Shown: piece after piece, positions 60,709 through 64,000 of the stretch
Numbering within the stretch: the stretch's first letter is position 1
How the letters are laid out: every line of letters starts with the position of its first letter
Source of the DNA: a virus
Direction: 5' to 3' (one strand)
Length of the DNA: 64,000 bases
IMG/VR virus record: IMGVR_UViG_3300024239_000016
Coordinates: 1 to 64,000 of that record
Notes under the pieces: model-generated
The model's database searches: none
Told to the model about the DNA's origin: nothing
What the model saw: the letters and a program-made list of their open reading frames with translations, nothing else
Translations under genes and position numbers: made by a program

Positions 60709-61221
60709 ATGAAAAATCGTGTCAGTAAATACTTGACTAAGAAGTGCGCTCTGGAACTGCGTATCGTAATTGAGAATTTCAATTACGATAAAATCACCGA
60801 TGTTCAGCACATGACCGGTGTGACCGGTAGGCTTTGGCAAGCAGTTGGCTCGGAATTTGATGCACTCCAGTTAATTTTAATTGATTTTGAGCTGCTCCCA
60901 GATAACAAAACCGAAGCTACCTGCTATATTTTCGTGAGTATCGGCTACAATCCATCTGATGCTCTGCCCGCGTTACATCAGCTCCAGTTGTTTATTGACA
61001 AATACTCAGCGCGACTTGCCGATACAGACGTAACTCCCGCTAAGCTTCGTATGGATGGGGTATCAAAAGCATTTCGCTTACAAGCATCAAAGCGCGCCGA
61101 ATTTTTAGGTGATAAACTTGACGCCTCTATTTTCTTCAATCCTTTGCGTAAGAAAGTGTTGCGTGTCATTGCGGATGTGCACGAAAACTGCACAGGAACT
61201 CTGTGCATTGAGCTAAAGTAA
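60709..61221 (+). CDS. Hypothetical protein within the tRNA cluster
   Basis: ~170-aa ORF, SD GAGGG. Confidence 0.65.
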   Translation: MKNRVSKYLTKKCALELRIVIENFNYDKITDVQHMTGVTGRLWQAVGSEFDALQLILIDFELLPDNKTEATCYIFVSIGYNPSDALPALHQLQLFIDKYSARLADTDVTPAKLRMDGVSKAFRLQASKRAEFLGDKLDASIFFNPLRKKVLRVIADVHENCTGTLCIELK

Positions 61222-61226
61222 AGACC

Positions 61227-61300
61227 GCCCCCGTAGCATGAAGGTCGTGCAGTTGATTTGTAATCATCAGGTGACAGTTCGATTCTGTCCGGGAGCACCA
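61227..61300 (+). tRNA. tRNA-Thr(TGT)
   Basis: Cloverleaf GCCCCCG...CGGGAGC-A-CCA, loop TT-TGT-AA; one mismatch each in acceptor and anticodon stems. Confidence 0.85.
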
Positions 61301-61328
61301 ATTTAAAATTTCAATCAGGAGAATTACC

Positions 61329-61517
61329 ATGTGGCCAGATCCAGCATGGTACTTCGATGATTTAAGTATTTTCAAATACTGGGTAGATCAATTCTATTCG
61401 ATGGCTTGCAAACTCCGCTCCATCTTTAGCTGGCAGGCTGAAGAGGACCCATCCGTTACTGCCATGACGGAAGACGGTAGCAAGCTCGATTGGAAATTAC
61501 CGCCCCTTCGGGGGTAA
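61329..61517 (+). CDS. Small hypothetical protein
   Basis: 62 aa, SD AGGAG. Confidence 0.5.
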   Translation: MWPDPAWYFDDLSIFKYWVDQFYSMACKLRSIFSWQAEEDPSVTAMTEDGSKLDWKLPPLRG

Positions 61518-61790
61518 TCATCAGAGTACCACACAAACCGGAACCAGTTCCTGTACCGGTAGCTTTAAGCTCAATAGCCTCGTAGGAGGGTGAGGGATAG
61601 TTAATGGGCGCTATATCGACTTTGTCGTGATACCCATGAAATCGGTTAGCAGAGCCGATGGGCGACTTCTGTTAGTATCAAGCGTTGAGGCTATGTTCAG
61701 GATTGTATTTGGGCATTCGACCATCTGTTTTAGATGTCTGGTTCGACTCCAGTAATGATACGATCTAGGGATCCCTTGGGTCCCTATTCT
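61518..61790 (+). ncRNA. Candidate structured RNA with a T-arm-like 3' element
   Basis: No ORF of 60 aa or more; stems ACCGG/CCGGT, ATAGCCTC/GAGGCTAT, ATGGG/CCCAT, ATCGG/CCGAT, CATCT/AGATG, CTGG-TTCGACT-CCAG. Confidence 0.4.
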
Positions 61791-61834
61791 AAAGTGATTT
61801 ATTTTACAATTATTTTAGAATAGTAAACTTTAAT

Positions 61835-61919
61835 CCGCGGGTGGCGAAATTGGTAGACGCATGAGACTTAAAATCTCACACCGAAAGGTATATGGGTTCG
61901 ACTCCCATACCGCGGACCA
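61835..61919 (+). tRNA. tRNA-Leu(TAA)
   Basis: Cloverleaf, TGAGA-CT-TAA-AA-TCTCA, ACC-GAAA-GGT variable arm, CCA. Confidence 0.92.
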
Positions 61920-61950
61920 TATCTTCTTAATCAACGAAAGAAAGAAAATT

Positions 61951-62298
61951 ATGTCACGTAAAGAACATAAAGGTCAAAAATTCGATCTTGCTTACGGCGT
62001 AGATCGCTATAGTGGGGCTTTCGTTCAGCTCTTCCAATCTCCGATGGACGATCAAGATGGCGCTTTCCTCAACGTGGATTCCCACGGAGTGCGTCTCGAT
62101 GAAGATCATCCCGAACTGCCCACTGAGCTCACCAAAGTGATCTCGGGGCTGAAATTGGCTTTCTGCCGTTATAAGGAAGCTCACAACGATAATCCGAATC
62201 TCTCGGTCGATCATGTGCTGCATGTTGCCCGCGCAGCTGATCAATTCGATACCTTCTCGGAAAAAGAAGTGTATCAGGTCTTTGGCGATAACGCTTGA
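61951..62298 (+). CDS. Hypothetical protein
   Basis: ATG 61951 after the tRNA; 115 aa. Confidence 0.7.
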   Translation: MSRKEHKGQKFDLAYGVDRYSGAFVQLFQSPMDDQDGAFLNVDSHGVRLDEDHPELPTELTKVISGLKLAFCRYKEAHNDNPNLSVDHVLHVARAADQFDTFSEKEVYQVFGDNA

Positions 62299-62309
62299 AA
62301 AAAAAAAAG

Positions 62310-62877
62310 CATGTGCTCGCTATTGTCTGAATAGTAAAGAAAGCACGGACTTACTGAGTCCGATAGTGAGGCAGTCCTGCATTGTCGTCAGATCAAGGCC
62401 TATTCATGATAGGTACAGTTTGACATCAGACTCTGGCAGTTAGGCTGATCAGAAGTGGAGCCGTGATAGTTCCGGATTTCGCAAAACCCTCAGATTACTT
62501 CTGTGGTCAGATGCGAGAGATGATGGAGTACCAGTGTCGAAGAGTGTGCGAGGGTGAACCTAGCGCTCTTAAACGGTCGACTAAATCAGAACTGATATTT
62601 GGCTATCGGCGATGAGGATTGGTTTAGAATCATGCCAATGTTCGAAATCCAAGTTCAAGGAGTTTATTGGGTAGTGATGAGAGAACTATCCTAGATACGT
62701 TTTCTCATCACTAGAACAGACGACATCCAGGCGAAACTGGGTTAAGTGAACTAGACCCACCAATCCATAGCACATAGGTGAATACGCACTCCCTTAGGTC
62801 TAGAGTGTCAGTAGTTCGCGCGGACTACCTCGACAGCATCGCCCTTGCAAAGCGGTGCTGTCCTGGAAGTGCGCATG
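62310..62877 (+). ncRNA. Candidate large (~570 nt) structured ncRNA
   Basis: Ends pair (CATGTGC/GCGCATG); more than 12 helices, some with crossing long-range pairings; ends 7 nt before tRNA-Pro. Confidence 0.65.
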
Positions 62878-62884
62878 AAATTGT

Positions 62885-62961
62885 CCGTTCGTAGCGCAGC
62901 CTGGTAGCGCATCTGTTTTGGGAACAGAGGGTCGCAAGTTCGAATTTTGCCGGGCGGACCA
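62885..62961 (+). tRNA. tRNA-Pro(TGG)
   Basis: Cloverleaf, TCTGT-TT-TGG-GA-ACAGA, CCA. Confidence 0.93.
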
Positions 62962-62985
62962 TTCTTATTTTACCAAGAGGTAATC

Positions 62986-63228
62986 ATGCAATCAAACCAT
63001 AAAAAAGATGGCGTTGAAGCAATAAAAGAGCTGATCAAAGAAGTATGGAATACGCTCAAACGGCTTATCGAAGACTGTTTCATTAAACTGATGCAAAAGC
63101 ACATCAGGTGCTCTAGCAAAAAGAATTGGGTAGCGCGCAGCTCAAGTATTTTTTCTTTGGGCGACCGCAAATTACTTGGCATCAGGCGACATACCCCTGA
63201 TCGTTGGCTAGGTTATATTCGGAATTAG
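62986..63228 (+). CDS. Small hypothetical protein
   Basis: SD GAGGT before ATG 62986. Confidence 0.55.
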   Translation: MQSNHKKDGVEAIKELIKEVWNTLKRLIEDCFIKLMQKHIRCSSKKNWVARSSSIFSLGDRKLLGIRRHTPDRWLGYIRN

Positions 63229-63249
63229 TAACATTGGGAGCGGTGTAAC

Positions 63250-63675
63250 ATGAATCTTCATTTCACATCCCCTAGCGTTGGGAGCGATGTATGGATTGTC
63301 AAGGAGGATAAAATCCTTGGCACTGGCGCTGTAGTGGGATTTGATGGACAAGATCGACTGAGTGTGATGTTAAAAGACGCTGCAGCGAACGATCTACTTC
63401 CTCTGACTACCGATGACTTAAAAAGCATTGGTTATGGTTATTTATTTATCGGCTATGATGCGAATACGTGCGATTTACATCGTAATCAGGCAATAGTCGA
63501 TCTTATCAAAGATGACAGCCCTCTAATTGGCACTTCCATTGTTGATAAATTTAAACTCCGCTATGGTCTTGTTAACGACCGTTTCAAAAATGTCCCTGGT
63601 TATCGCGAAGCGTGCATCATGGAAGTCGGCCAGTCATTGACTGAACTACCCCAGAGGTCCTGTGATGGTGCGTAG
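63250..63675 (+). CDS. Hypothetical protein
   Basis: 141 aa, SD GGAG. Confidence 0.7.
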   Translation: MNLHFTSPSVGSDVWIVKEDKILGTGAVVGFDGQDRLSVMLKDAAANDLLPLTTDDLKSIGYGYLFIGYDANTCDLHRNQAIVDLIKDDSPLIGTSIVDKFKLRYGLVNDRFKNVPGYREACIMEVGQSLTELPQRSCDGA

Positions 63676-64000
63676 AATATTTCAGAGCAGGGATTTACCG
63701 TGGCGTCAGCGTGTTACAATTGTTGTTGTCAACGATAACGGGAATGTCCTCATCGCTAATCAGCCCCCGTTACCGCCTTATAACGAAAAAATGCTGACCC
63801 TACCTGGAGGCGGCATTGAGCCAGGACAGACTCCAGAAGAGGCAGTAGCAGCTGAGCTTCTTGAAGAGGTTGGCGTCAAAGTAAGCGGCATTCAGGTACT
63901 TGACTGTCATACATTCGAAGAGCCGTTTACCGTGCTAAAGCCAGGAGAAGGTACCCCAGTTCAAATCGAGCGTCGCAAGTTGTTTAAAGGCGTACAATCT
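63665..64000 (+). CDS. Nudix hydrolase (truncated by the window end; not in the ORF track)
   Basis: MVRRIFQSRDLPWRQRVTIVVVND...LPGGGIEPGQTPEEAVAAELLEEVG, a variant Nudix box. Confidence 0.8.
   Translation, partial: MVRRIFQSRDLPWRQRVTIVVVNDNGNVLIANQPPLPPYNEKMLTLPGGGIEPGQTPEEAVAAELLEEVGVKVSGIQVLDCHTFEEPFTVLKPGEGTPVQIERRKLFKGVQS

Noticed and set aside
61861-61950. ORF-track N-terminus of 61861..62298
   Set aside because: Overlaps tRNA-Leu(TAA); the real start is more likely ATG 61951
62213-62443. 76-aa ORF running into the large ncRNA candidate
   Set aside because: No SD, overlaps a better gene out of frame and crosses a poly-A run
62500-62540. Second group I intron suggested by GAGAGATGATGGA
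   Set aside because: No downstream ATCTCC partner for P7 and no P3/P4 core found
1-64000. CRISPR array, IS element or integrase
   Set aside because: No regularly spaced repeats and no transposase or integrase motifs; repeats are dispersed hairpins and promoters

Overview
Part of a phiKZ-like (Chimalliviridae-type) jumbo phage genome. Recognisable core genes include an SbcC/Rad50-like ATPase, a spike/baseplate protein, RNase H, UvsX/RecA, three split virion RNA polymerase subunits, a tape-measure protein with a lytic transglycosylase domain, the prohead protease and thymidylate synthase. Between them lie blocks of small early genes behind a conserved YATATWWC-N5-TG promoter motif, and intergenic spaces carry a family of strong hairpins. 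The right end (about 59.7-63 kb) is a tRNA island with 5 tRNAs and three ORF-poor structured tracts. One is a complete ORF-less group I intron (59791-60361) whose exons are neither coding nor tRNA. Another is a roughly 570-nt highly base-paired RNA just upstream of tRNA-Pro, and the third is a roughly 270-nt RNA with a T-arm-like end. The 53-56 kb accessory block holds apparent pseudo-enzymes: a DNA ligase lacking the KxDG lysine and a prohead-protease paralog lacking its catalytic triad. All family assignments come from motifs recognised by eye; no database searches were run.
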